The notes under the pieces: model-generated
Seen by the model: the letters and a program-made list of their open reading frames with translations, nothing else
What the model was told of the DNA's origin: nothing
Databases searched by the model: none
Part shown: positions 1-8,918 of the stretch, piece by piece
Layout: each line of letters opens with the position of its first letter
Numbering within the stretch: the first letter of the stretch is position 1
NCBI GenBank assembly: GCA_020724555.1
Contig: DYGT01000004.1
Location: 9,564 to 73,563, forward strand
Length of the DNA: 64,000 nt
Direction of reading: 5' to 3'
From: Candidatus Microgenomatus sp.
GTDB taxonomy: Bacteria; Patescibacteriota; Microgenomatia; UBA8517
Position numbers and translations under genes: made by a program

Positions 1-1395
1 GCTAAGATAAAGCTGCTTGCGTGGCGGTAAAACCCAACTATTCATATAAACCAAATGGTCCTTGTAAATTTTTAGCTTTTCTTCGCCTTTGGGTTTTTCT
101 AAATCAACCAGCGCTTCAAGTGTAGGTTTTAGCGAAACCCTCCAATAATCACGGTCCCACTTTTCATCCCAATCACCAGCAAAAACATTAAAATACACAT
201 AATGATTGGGGTGGTAAGTTATCATCCACCTCAATTGAATAGAAAATGACAAAAATAAGGCTAATATAGAAACATAAAATAATTTACTTGAATACTTATA
301 TATTTCCTGGAGCAAAAAAGCGTAAAGCAGCATAAGGCTGGGGTAGATAAAGTAAACATGTCGCCAGTCTCCATAAAGAGTTGAATTAAATACAATAATC
401 GCAACATACGAGACAATAATTACAAATAAAGGAAAAATATTATAAGCTCTTTTATACTTTATAACCAAGATAATTGTGGTCAACAATCCCCCTAACCAAC
501 CTGCTAAATAATTAAGCGGTGATGATATCGCAATCCAAACAGGAATATAATAAAACGGCAATTCAGATCCTTTTATCAAATTTCCGTTAAAGATTATCCT
601 ACTATTCCAATCGTCATATTTACTAAACTTTATAAAAGCATTAAATATTCCAACTAGAGGTTGATACCAAAGAAGCGGCCAGATAATATGCAGCAACAAA
701 AGCACCAACACGCCGTAACGCAATATTAATAATAATTTTTTTCTTATATCTATCGGCTTAACAGCTGTCCACAAAACATAAAATACGGGAATAAGCACAC
801 CCATAACCCGAGTATTTATGGCAAGTGCTGTAAATATAGAAAAAGCAAAAAGTCGTCTCTTGCTGGGTTTTTTATCATAAGAAAACATTAAGTAAGTAGC
901 AATAACAAATAAAGATAAAAATAGCGTATCTTTTATGTTATAAAAAGAATGTGCATAAATTCTGGGGTACAGCAAATATAAAATCGATACAAAAACGCTT
1001 ATTTTATCTTTTATGCCAATTAAGCCTAGTAGTTTATAGAAGCAATAGGCTGATACTAAAAACAGAGCATGAAGATATAAGTGTACTAATCTCCAGTAAA
1101 ATAGTGTTTCATGTCCCATCTCATGGGGTAAATATTCCAGCAAAAATAATGGGTATTGAGCCGCAGTTCCATAGTATAGATTCTTAATATCAATTTGCTC
1201 GTCGTATTCGTATGCACTTCTTGGGGCGTAATCTGTAAGACCAAGGAGATCAAAATATAATCCTGCTTGAAAAATTCTTCTGTTACGTTGTCCTGCCTCA
1301 TCTACTGATAAGCCATAATCATCTACGCCAAAAACTCCAATTACCGCAAAAACAATTAAAGTAAATAAGAAAAAATGTTTTTTTATTAGTGTCAT
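1..1395 (-). CDS. Partial CDS (C-terminus beyond left window edge). Polytopic membrane protein with an N-terminal signal/TM segment and an acidic first-loop motif (LSVDEAGQ). Probably another GT-C-like transferase.
   Basis: I translated the minus-strand frame by hand. ATG at 1395..1393 overlaps the TGA of the upstream gene (ATGA). There are no stop codons in 465 codons down to position 1. Translation MTLIKKHFFLFTLIVFAVIGVFGVDDYGLSVDEAGQRNRR... shows many hydrophobic stretches. The ORF track omits it because there is no stop inside the window. Confidence 0.6.
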   Translation of the reverse strand, partial: MTLIKKHFFLFTLIVFAVIGVFGVDDYGLSVDEAGQRNRRIFQAGLYFDLLGLTDYAPRSAYEYDEQIDIKNLYYGTAAQYPLFLLEYLPHEMGHETLFYWRLVHLYLHALFLVSAYCFYKLLGLIGIKDKISVFVSILYLLYPRIYAHSFYNIKDTLFLSLFVIATYLMFSYDKKPSKRRLFAFSIFTALAINTRVMGVLIPVFYVLWTAVKPIDIRKKLLLILRYGVLVLLLLHIIWPLLWYQPLVGIFNAFIKFSKYDDWNSRIIFNGNLIKGSELPFYYIPVWIAISSPLNYLAGWLGGLLTTIILVIKYKRAYNIFPLFVIIVSYVAIIVFNSTLYGDWRHVYFIYPSLMLLYAFLLQEIYKYSSKLFYVSILALFLSFSIQLRWMITYHPNHYVYFNVFAGDWDEKWDRDYWRVSLKPTLEALVDLEKPKGEEKLKIYKDHLVYMNSWVLPPRKQLYLS

Positions 1396-3089
1396 TTATG
1401 CACCAATAACATCTGCCAGGGAAAGATAATTTTGTGTTTTTTGATTTTAAAGCCGTGGCCGGCAATTGCCTTAGCAAAAGACTTTTTATTCCAGGCATTT
1501 ACATGCTCAGGATGTCTGCCTAATCTTTTTACATACTTGCCTCGGAGTAAGCTTACGATACTAAAGCTAGGTTCCCAGGGAACAGTGATAATGATATTAT
1601 TTTTGCCAATTCGTTTAAGTTCATCTAAAGCTTTGCCATAAGCGGGGATATGTTCAAGAATTTCAAGGGCAATAACTAAATCAAACTCTTTGTCTTTAAA
1701 TGGCAATTTGGTGGCATCCGCCTGGATAAACTCAACTTTTGGTAACTGTTTTTTTGCATAAATTAGCGCGGATTTGCTTAAGTCCACTCCAACAGTTTTT
1801 TTAGGCTCATAAACGCTTAAGATATGCTTTAAATCAAACCCTTCACCGCACCCTACCGACACCAGGCTTTTAGGTTTAAGGTCTATAATCTCACGCGCAA
1901 CTGCATCCTGCAATCTTTTTATCAAAAAACGCTGCAGGGGGTTACTGGATGTATGTTTTTTAAGATTAGTGCTACTCTGTTTTTTTGCATGAATTTTTTC
2001 TATAAGCGTCAGGCTTTTTTTTCTACTTTCCTCCCAGCTAAAGAGCTTGCTCCACAAGACCGCATTTTTTGCTAAAGCTTTTAGCTTTTCCGGCTGCTTT
2101 AAAAGCTCAGAAATATCATGAGCCATGGCTTGTGGGGTGTTTTCGGGGACAATAACCCCAGTTTTTTTTGTAACCGAATCAACAAGCCCCGGGGATTTGT
2201 AAGCAACAACCGGTGTGCCCATGGCATTGGCCTCTATATTTACCAGCCCCCAGCCTTCTCGCACCGAGGGATTAATTAAAATGTGCGATTTTGCCAAAAG
2301 TTTGAATTTTTCTTCATTGGAAACAAACCCCCAATAAACAAGCCTTCCTTTAAACTCGCGTTCAGCGCGCTTCAGAAGCTGCAAATATTTGCCTTCACCC
2401 TTCCCAATTATCCAAAATTTATAATTTCCTTTATCTTTTAAAATGTTAAAAACCTCAAGCACATCAAAAATTCCTTTATCCGGAGTAATTGCTCCTAAAA
2501 AAGTAATCGTTGGAATTTTTTCTTTTGAAGGCATTTTTCTGGGCTTTTTGATAATGACTCCATGCGAAATGACATGAATGTTTCGCGCCTGTATTCCCAT
2601 TTTTAATAAATCTTTTTTAGCCGAATCTGAACCTGTGATAAATGGTACTTTTTTATAGAAAGTAAAAATAAAAGGCTCAATTATGTATCCAAGTGTTCCC
2701 ACAATTTGTCTCAAAACAGGCGGTAGAGGTTGCCTGAACCACAGGTCTTTGGCTACTTCTTGGATAACCGCGATCTTAGGTACACGAATGTAGAGTGGTG
2801 TAAAAAACGGTATAAAGTGAAATTGATCAACCACCAAGTCGTATTTCTCTTTTTTGAAAAACAAATACCAAAAAAAGGCAGATACATGAACACCAAGCAG
2901 CTGTCCGCCATGTCTTATTATACGAACGCCGTCTATGGTCTCCTTTTTTGCACCCTTAAAACTTGAAGAAAAAAGAGTCACTTTATGTCCGGCCTCAATC
3001 CATCCCTTCATATGCTCGTGCATGACTTGCTCGGCGCCGCCAGCCAAAGGGTGTTTCGGATCACGCCAGGAGAAACATAAAATATTCAT
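1392..3089 (-). CDS. Bifunctional GT4 (family-1 fold) glycosyltransferase fused to a C-terminal class I SAM-dependent methyltransferase
   Basis: N-terminal GT4 motifs (NILCFSW...GGAEQ; EGWGLVNIEANAMGTPVVA). C-terminal MTase motifs (VLSVGCGEGFD...; DLVIALEILEHIP). Confidence 0.85.
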   Translation of the reverse strand: MNILCFSWRDPKHPLAGGAEQVMHEHMKGWIEAGHKVTLFSSSFKGAKKETIDGVRIIRHGGQLLGVHVSAFFWYLFFKKEKYDLVVDQFHFIPFFTPLYIRVPKIAVIQEVAKDLWFRQPLPPVLRQIVGTLGYIIEPFIFTFYKKVPFITGSDSAKKDLLKMGIQARNIHVISHGVIIKKPRKMPSKEKIPTITFLGAITPDKGIFDVLEVFNILKDKGNYKFWIIGKGEGKYLQLLKRAEREFKGRLVYWGFVSNEEKFKLLAKSHILINPSVREGWGLVNIEANAMGTPVVAYKSPGLVDSVTKKTGVIVPENTPQAMAHDISELLKQPEKLKALAKNAVLWSKLFSWEESRKKSLTLIEKIHAKKQSSTNLKKHTSSNPLQRFLIKRLQDAVAREIIDLKPKSLVSVGCGEGFDLKHILSVYEPKKTVGVDLSKSALIYAKKQLPKVEFIQADATKLPFKDKEFDLVIALEILEHIPAYGKALDELKRIGKNNIIITVPWEPSFSIVSLLRGKYVKRLGRHPEHVNAWNKKSFAKAIAGHGFKIKKHKIIFPWQMLLVHK

Positions 3090-3862
3090 GGGTTAAAAGT
3101 AAGCCAATTTTTTTTATTTTTTTCATCGTAATAATGTTTAATTCTTAGCCTATAAAATACAGCCAATGTATCCCAAAGCATTTTATAAACGGTTTTCCAG
3201 GAAATGGCGCTTGTGGCTTTATTAAAAGTGACTTCAATAGGGGCTTCATAAATCCGGTCAAAACCCAAGTATTTCGCAACCGCCAGCATTTCTATGTCCA
3301 TCGCATAGTCTTTTACCAAAAGCCTGGGCAAAATCGCATCAACCACTTCTCGTTTAAATATTTTTATCCCGCTTTGGGTATCGCTTAAGGGTAAACTAAA
3401 AAAAATACGTATCAGTAAATGGTACCCCATACTGTACAGTTTTCTTTTAAAAGGGTAATTCACGCGCGAAACGGGGTGCCTTTTGGACCCGACAACGATA
3501 TCGGCCTTATACCACTCCATATGAGCCATCAGCATCATAATGCCTTTAGGGCTTATGTCCATGCCCGCATCTAAAAACGAAATTAGCTCACCCTTTGCGT
3601 ATTTCATCCCTGTCCGCACCGCATACCCTTTACCATGATTGTCGCCGTAGCTTTTAACTTTGAGTTTTTTTGATCTTACTTTTTTTGCTTCAGTTTCGGT
3701 TTTATCCAGCTGCCCGTCAACCACACAAATAATTTCATAGTCATAAATAGCAGGTAAACCTTCGTCTAAAACAGATATAATATTTTCCAAATCCCGTTTT
3801 ATGGTTTTTTCCTGTTTGTAAGCAGGTACTACTATGGAAATAATTTGTTTATCTTTTGCCAT
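3086..3862 (-). CDS. GT2 polyprenyl-phosphate sugar synthase (DPM1/GtrB-like)
   Basis: ISIVVPAYKQE...; VVDGQLDKT; NHGKGYAVRTGM; DAGMD. 258 aa with no membrane domain. Confidence 0.75.
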   Translation of the reverse strand: MAKDKQIISIVVPAYKQEKTIKRDLENIISVLDEGLPAIYDYEIICVVDGQLDKTETEAKKVRSKKLKVKSYGDNHGKGYAVRTGMKYAKGELISFLDAGMDISPKGIMMLMAHMEWYKADIVVGSKRHPVSRVNYPFKRKLYSMGYHLLIRIFFSLPLSDTQSGIKIFKREVVDAILPRLLVKDYAMDIEMLAVAKYLGFDRIYEAPIEVTFNKATSAISWKTVYKMLWDTLAVFYRLRIKHYYDEKNKKNWLTFNP

Positions 3863-5093
3863 TTTTAAAATACGTAAAACTCATTAAGTATAATACTTGC
3901 CCGACAAACAAAACGAGCATTGCAATAAGCGACACTTGAATAACCTGAAGCAAGCTTTGGTGCCACAAAAAAATCCCACTAATCTGAAAAATTAAAATTA
4001 AGGCCGGCAATATCACCGATTTAGTCTTCCCTATTGATAGCATAAAATTCGCCAAATAATAGTCCAGAGTATAAAACGACAAAAATAGGCCCATCCAAAA
4101 GAGCTCGCTTGCGGCGGATAAATATTCCTCGCCGTACAAAAGACCTATAGCTATATCGGGTAAAAAATAGTATGTACCCACAACAAAAATAGATAAAAGC
4201 GCCGTTGCCGTGAATGTTAAATAAAACACTTGTTTAAAAGATTCTCCTTTTGCTTTTTTTCCCGAAACCAAAGGAAACATAACCATGCTGACAGGGCTTG
4301 CCGCAAAAAATATTATTTTACCCAAAGTAGAAAGGGCGGCATAAAGGCCCGCGTCATGCGGAGGAAAAAAATGTTTTACCAATATTAAATCCAGTGAAAA
4401 GAAGGCCGTAAACGCAAGGGCTTGCACAAGGGCTGGTGCAGAAAAATTTAAAAAATCTTTTAAGTCCCGGCCCGATTTTGGTTCTACAACTTCCTGTTTT
4501 ATATATATACGCGAAAACAAATAAGTAAGAGCCGTTGCCAAGGCAAGGCCTCCGATTGCACCAAAAGCGGCAAAACCAGCCAAAACCAATAATACTCCGA
4601 TTATGAGTTTACCCAAGGATGCAACTAAATTTATATTTACATATGCCCCGAAACGAAGAATTCCCTGCATTATGGATTGGTTGAGCATGGTGTTTAAACT
4701 GAAATATAAAATAGGGGCCAGTAAAACAACTATCCAAAAATTGCCAAGGTGCAAAAAATTATTAATAACGGGACTCAATAAAACAAGAATTATTGACATA
4801 TAAATTGCCAGATTGTTTATAATCTTTTTTAGACTTCCGTATAACAGCGCCAATTCCTTTTTGTCCTTACTCTCGGAGGAAAACTTAACTATGCCCACAC
4901 CCGCCGATTGAGGTACGATTGCAATCAAATAATAAAGAGAAAACATACTGGCAAGAACAGCATACTCACTTGGGCCTAAAATACGCCCCATTATTAAGTG
5001 GTAAAAATAGTTAATAACATTTATGGCGGTGCTGCCTGCAACCATTATCAAGCTGCCTGCGATTGTTTTGTTATTTTTCAGTTTTTCCTTCAT
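3849..5093 (-). CDS. PST/MOP-family flippase (Wzx/MurJ-like polysaccharide biosynthesis protein)
   Basis: 414 aa, about 12 hydrophobic segments. N-terminus GSLIMVAGSTAINVINYFYHLIMGRILGPSEYAVLASMFSL is typical of Polysacc_synt proteins. Confidence 0.6.
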   Translation of the reverse strand: MKEKLKNNKTIAGSLIMVAGSTAINVINYFYHLIMGRILGPSEYAVLASMFSLYYLIAIVPQSAGVGIVKFSSESKDKKELALLYGSLKKIINNLAIYMSIILVLLSPVINNFLHLGNFWIVVLLAPILYFSLNTMLNQSIMQGILRFGAYVNINLVASLGKLIIGVLLVLAGFAAFGAIGGLALATALTYLFSRIYIKQEVVEPKSGRDLKDFLNFSAPALVQALAFTAFFSLDLILVKHFFPPHDAGLYAALSTLGKIIFFAASPVSMVMFPLVSGKKAKGESFKQVFYLTFTATALLSIFVVGTYYFLPDIAIGLLYGEEYLSAASELFWMGLFLSFYTLDYYLANFMLSIGKTKSVILPALILIFQISGIFLWHQSLLQVIQVSLIAMLVLFVGQVLYLMSFTYFKNGKR

Positions 5094-6214
5094 GATATCC
5101 AGTAGCCGCGCGAAAACATGGACGTAGCCAAAATTAAACTTCCTAATGATACGCCGGCCAATACATACTTTACAATTTTTGGCAATCTGTTGGCAATATT
5201 TGCCATTAAGATAAATCCGGGAAACAAAACCAGAACGTATCTTGGAAGAGACGAAAAACTACCGGACAGTGTGGGCACTAAAAACCCCAAAAAAAGGTAA
5301 ATCCAATAACTAAGCCTTAATTTAAAATAGCCAAAAACCACTAAAATTAAAAATAAGACAGCAGTAAAAAGCTCTAGAAATGTTGTAAAAATTACAGGCC
5401 AATAAAAACTAAGCGCGGGAATAATTTTAAATAGATAGCGGTAAAATACCTGCGGCAGCATTACAAAACTCGCTGAGCGCTGGTTGCCATAAATCTCTAC
5501 TTTATGGATAAAAACCAGTGGATCACCGGTTTCCGAATATAAATACCAAAGATAAACTAGTAACCCCAATGCCATGACAAGGAGATATCCAAATAAACTG
5601 ACAGCTCTTTTGATATTAAAACTGTGCTTATACTGCACTAGCCATTCCACGGCAATTGAAACAATAAGCACTACGCCAATAACACGTGTGGCCGCGGCAG
5701 CCGAGACCAATAAGCTGGCAATCAAAAATTTATTTTTCCTTGCAAAGTAAAATGACCAGACGACAAACAGCAAAAACAAACTTTCTGTATAAACCGCAGC
5801 AAAATAAAATGAAGTTGGAAAAATTAAAAGTATGGTCAAAACAAAAAGAGGGTTATGGCCATCCAATTTCAATAGCTTATGTAAACCCCATACAGCCAAA
5901 AATAAACTGATGTGGGAAATAAAAATTCCGCTGATTAAATAACCCGCCAAATCAGTAGCCCAAAAACTAAAATACCTTATAAACAAGGGGTAGACCGGAA
6001 AGAAAAAATGCCGAAGCGGCCTGTAGCCTTCTTTAGCAATTGCCAAATAATGCTCTCCGTCAAAATTTGCATGCCACCAAAATTGAGGGTTATCTTGATA
6101 GTAAGTCACACCACCACCTAAAAAATTATTTTGTAAAACCAAAAAAGTTCCAAAATATACGGCAATTATTAATAAAAGTCTCCAGCCGATAATCATTAAT
6201 ATACTTTTATTCAT
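5090..6214 (-). CDS. Polytopic membrane protein, family D. PIG-V/Gpi18-like (GT76-type) GT-C mannosyltransferase candidate.
   Basis: Loop motif WHANFDGEHYLAIAKEGYRPLRHFFFPVYP resembles the conserved D-x-E-H-F-x-x-I-A-x-x-G-Y region of PIG-V-type mannosyltransferases (from memory). It is a paralog of 55020..56207. Confidence 0.5.
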   Translation of the reverse strand: MNKSILMIIGWRLLLIIAVYFGTFLVLQNNFLGGGVTYYQDNPQFWWHANFDGEHYLAIAKEGYRPLRHFFFPVYPLFIRYFSFWATDLAGYLISGIFISHISLFLAVWGLHKLLKLDGHNPLFVLTILLIFPTSFYFAAVYTESLFLLFVVWSFYFARKNKFLIASLLVSAAAATRVIGVVLIVSIAVEWLVQYKHSFNIKRAVSLFGYLLVMALGLLVYLWYLYSETGDPLVFIHKVEIYGNQRSASFVMLPQVFYRYLFKIIPALSFYWPVIFTTFLELFTAVLFLILVVFGYFKLRLSYWIYLFLGFLVPTLSGSFSSLPRYVLVLFPGFILMANIANRLPKIVKYVLAGVSLGSLILATSMFSRGYWIS

Positions 6215-7284
6215 TGAAGCGCTTTTTTATAAACTTTTATAGTTTCTAGTGCTGTTTTGTCCCAACTAAAATTTTTCAGTCGTTTTGATCCTTCCCTTAT
6301 CATGCTTTCTCTTAGACCTTGGTCATTTAAAAGGCTTTCAATTTTATTTATTAAATCGTCAATGTCTAAAGGTTTAAAATAAACGGCTCCTTTTTCCAAA
6401 ACCTCAACCATAGCTTGGGTTTGGGAAGCCACAACCGGGACATCACAAGCCAAAGCCTGAAGCGGAGGCAGCCCGAACCCTTCATAAAGCGAAGGTTGGC
6501 AATAGATACTCGCCAGATTATATATACCGACCAAGTCCGCGTTTTCCACAAATCCCAAAGTACTAACATGCTTTGATTCAAATAATTTTGCTAAGCTTTG
6601 GTAATGGGCAAGCTCCGGATGGGTTTGGCCTGATAAGCTACGAACGACATCTCTTATTCCTTTTCCCTTAAAATTCGCAATTGCATGATTAATATTCCCT
6701 GCACTTTTCCCTACAATAACAAGATGGGTCTTATTTTTTATACATGCGCGCGTTAATAATTCTATATTTTTGTTGTAATTAATGTCCCCCACATATAGCA
6801 CAAATTTATCGGGTAAATTATATTTATCTTTTATGGCCTTTAGTTTTTCTTTATCACCCACTTTTTTGTAAATCGGGTCGAAAGCCAAATATATAGGCAC
6901 TATTTTATCTTCCGGTACGTCAAGAAAACGGATTATATCTTTCTTGCTGGTTTCTGAATCTGTAATAACAAACTTAACTTTTTTAAGAGAATTTATTTGC
7001 TTTTTTAAATTTATCTTGCCTCTGATTCCCGGTTTATAATGCTTTGGGTATAAAAGCGGGATGACGTCGTGTATGGTAACTACAACTGGTTTTGAAAAAT
7101 TATCAGGAAGTGTATGAAAAAACAAATCAAAATAGGTATAATGAAGGACATCAAAAGAACCGTCCTCAACTAAGGTGACACTTTGGGTATTTTTTAAAGC
7201 TTCACAAAGTAGCCGCGTATATTCCCCGATACCACGTACCGCATGCCCACCCATCAAAGGGGTGTTGTCTATTTTAATTTTCAT
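6211..7284 (-). CDS. GT4 glycosyltransferase (Glycos_transf_1)
   Basis: C-terminal motif YCQPSLYEGFGLPPLQALACDVPVVAS. Confidence 0.85.
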   Translation of the reverse strand: MKIKIDNTPLMGGHAVRGIGEYTRLLCEALKNTQSVTLVEDGSFDVLHYTYFDLFFHTLPDNFSKPVVVTIHDVIPLLYPKHYKPGIRGKINLKKQINSLKKVKFVITDSETSKKDIIRFLDVPEDKIVPIYLAFDPIYKKVGDKEKLKAIKDKYNLPDKFVLYVGDINYNKNIELLTRACIKNKTHLVIVGKSAGNINHAIANFKGKGIRDVVRSLSGQTHPELAHYQSLAKLFESKHVSTLGFVENADLVGIYNLASIYCQPSLYEGFGLPPLQALACDVPVVASQTQAMVEVLEKGAVYFKPLDIDDLINKIESLLNDQGLRESMIREGSKRLKNFSWDKTALETIKVYKKALQ

Positions 7285-8034
7285 TTACAAAAGATTATAT
7301 CCTCCGTCTACAACTAAAAGTTCTCCGGTTATGGCGTCTGCTTCACTGGAAGCTAAAAACAAAAAAGCGTTTGCTATATCTTGTGGCTCTACCAAACGGC
7401 GAAGATAGCTATCCTCTAGCGCTTTATTGCGCGTTTCCTCGTCCCACACTGCACTTATGTCTGTATTAGCCGGACCGGGCGCAATGCCGTTAACTTTTAT
7501 AGTTGGAGCCAATTCTTTGGCCAGTGTAGTTGTAAAGTTGTAAAGTGCCGCTTTTGAGGCACTATAAGCGATGTTGCCCTGTCTGCCCGCATGATAAAGC
7601 GAGCGTACCGAGCAGGTATTCAAAATCTTGCCCCCTCCACGCTCAAGCATTATCCGTGCCGCTTCCTGTGCACACAAAAATGGGCCATAAAGGTTTGTTT
7701 TCATGGTTTCATCCCAGTCTGAAACAGTAAGTTCAAAAAAAGGCTTAGGCCTATCAATGCCTGCATTATTAACCAATACATCAAGCCCGCCAAATTCACC
7801 TACTGTTCGCTCAAACATGGCTTTTATCTCCTGGGGAACAGAAACATCGGCTTGGACTAAAATAGCCTGACCACCTGAATTTTTAATGGCAGAAACCACT
7901 TCTTCTCCCTCACTCACGTTTGCTCGGCAATTTACTACTACCTTGGCGCCTTCTCTGGCAAAGGTAAGAGCGGTAGCGCGGCCGATTCCCCGGGAAGACC
8001 CGGTTATGACTGCGATTTTTCCTTCAAGGCGCAT
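7285..8034 (-). CDS. Short-chain dehydrogenase/reductase (SDR) family oxidoreductase
   Basis: TGSSRGIG Rossmann motif, NNAG, and a YxxxK catalytic dyad (YSASKAA). Confidence 0.9.
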   Translation of the reverse strand: MRLEGKIAVITGSSRGIGRATALTFAREGAKVVVNCRANVSEGEEVVSAIKNSGGQAILVQADVSVPQEIKAMFERTVGEFGGLDVLVNNAGIDRPKPFFELTVSDWDETMKTNLYGPFLCAQEAARIMLERGGGKILNTCSVRSLYHAGRQGNIAYSASKAALYNFTTTLAKELAPTIKVNGIAPGPANTDISAVWDEETRNKALEDSYLRRLVEPQDIANAFLFLASSEADAITGELLVVDGGYNLL

Positions 8035-8051
8035 AATTCATTTTAAACACT

Positions 8052-8915
8052 TTAGCCCTCATTAATCCAGTGCTTATAAAAAGCCAGAGGGTAATGGAAC
8101 GAGGAAAAGACACACCAGACAAAGCCGCGAAGCCCGTCTTTATATCCGCGGTGGCGAAAATACATCTTTACAAATGTCAGTCCTGGTTTTAAAAACGTAT
8201 AGCTAAGTAAATTTTTATAATTTTTGCCTACACCACTGGCTGAAATATCTTTTGCGTGCTCCGAAGTATAGCGGTTTAGACGCATTAGGTAACGCCTGAG
8301 AGTGGGAGATTCGAAGTGCTCAAGATCGCTAAACAGCCAGGCAACCTTTCCCTTAACAACCATTTGTTCGTGCACATTTTTGGCAGGCAAATAAGCTTTA
8401 TTTTTTTTGACCAACCTGATGACTGCATCCGGGTATACTCCCCCGTGAATTAAAGGCTTTCCCAGAAAATAATTTTTACGGGGAATAAAAAAACCGGCGA
8501 CATCTCCTTTTCCAGCGGTCATACCACCACGACGCCTCAGTGCATTCTCATGGCGCTTAAACAACTTCCATTTGTTTTTATCATCAGGCCGACGACTTAT
8601 AATTTCTTTATCTACTAAATTTATAACCTCAACAATCTCCCGGGACAAATCCGGGCTCACCCGCTCATCGGCATCAAGTTGCAAAATCCAGTCACCACGG
8701 GCTTTTTCAATCGCCAATTGTTTACTTTCATGAAAATTGTTTATGTGCTTATTTTTAAACACTTTTGCACCCATCATCCTGGCAATTTCAGGGGTTTTGT
8801 CTGTGGAATATTCATCAACCACAATTATTTCATCGGCTATGCCACGCACAGATAAAAGGCAATCTTTGATGTTTGCTTCTTCGTTTTTTGTTGCCAGTAC
8901 AACGCTTAGTTTCAT
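8052..8915 (-). CDS. GT2 glycosyltransferase (WaaE/KdtX-like subfamily)
   Basis: LSVVLATKNEEANI; ADEIIVVDEYSTDKTPEIA; LQLDADE. Same subfamily as 27162..27941 and 27941..28837. Confidence 0.8.
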   Translation of the reverse strand: MKLSVVLATKNEEANIKDCLLSVRGIADEIIVVDEYSTDKTPEIARMMGAKVFKNKHINNFHESKQLAIEKARGDWILQLDADERVSPDLSREIVEVINLVDKEIISRRPDDKNKWKLFKRHENALRRRGGMTAGKGDVAGFFIPRKNYFLGKPLIHGGVYPDAVIRLVKKNKAYLPAKNVHEQMVVKGKVAWLFSDLEHFESPTLRRYLMRLNRYTSEHAKDISASGVGKNYKNLLSYTFLKPGLTFVKMYFRHRGYKDGLRGFVWCVFSSFHYPLAFYKHWINEG

Positions 8916-8918
8916 AAT

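Noticed and set aside
951-1301. ORFs 951..1187 (plus) and 1086..1301 (minus) near the left edge
   Set aside because: Both are out-of-frame artifacts inside the verified 1..1395 minus-strand CDS.
1432-1641. Numerous 60-165-aa ORFs on the strand opposite to long genes (for example 1432..1641, 2730..2966, 20394..20690, 27285..27623, 28328..28726, 40642..41017, 46307..46804, 53362..53646)
   Set aside because: All lie entirely inside long ORFs with clear family membership. Their translations are low-complexity or Lys/Arg/Phe-rich, as expected from antisense reading of an AT-rich coding strand. There is no independent support.
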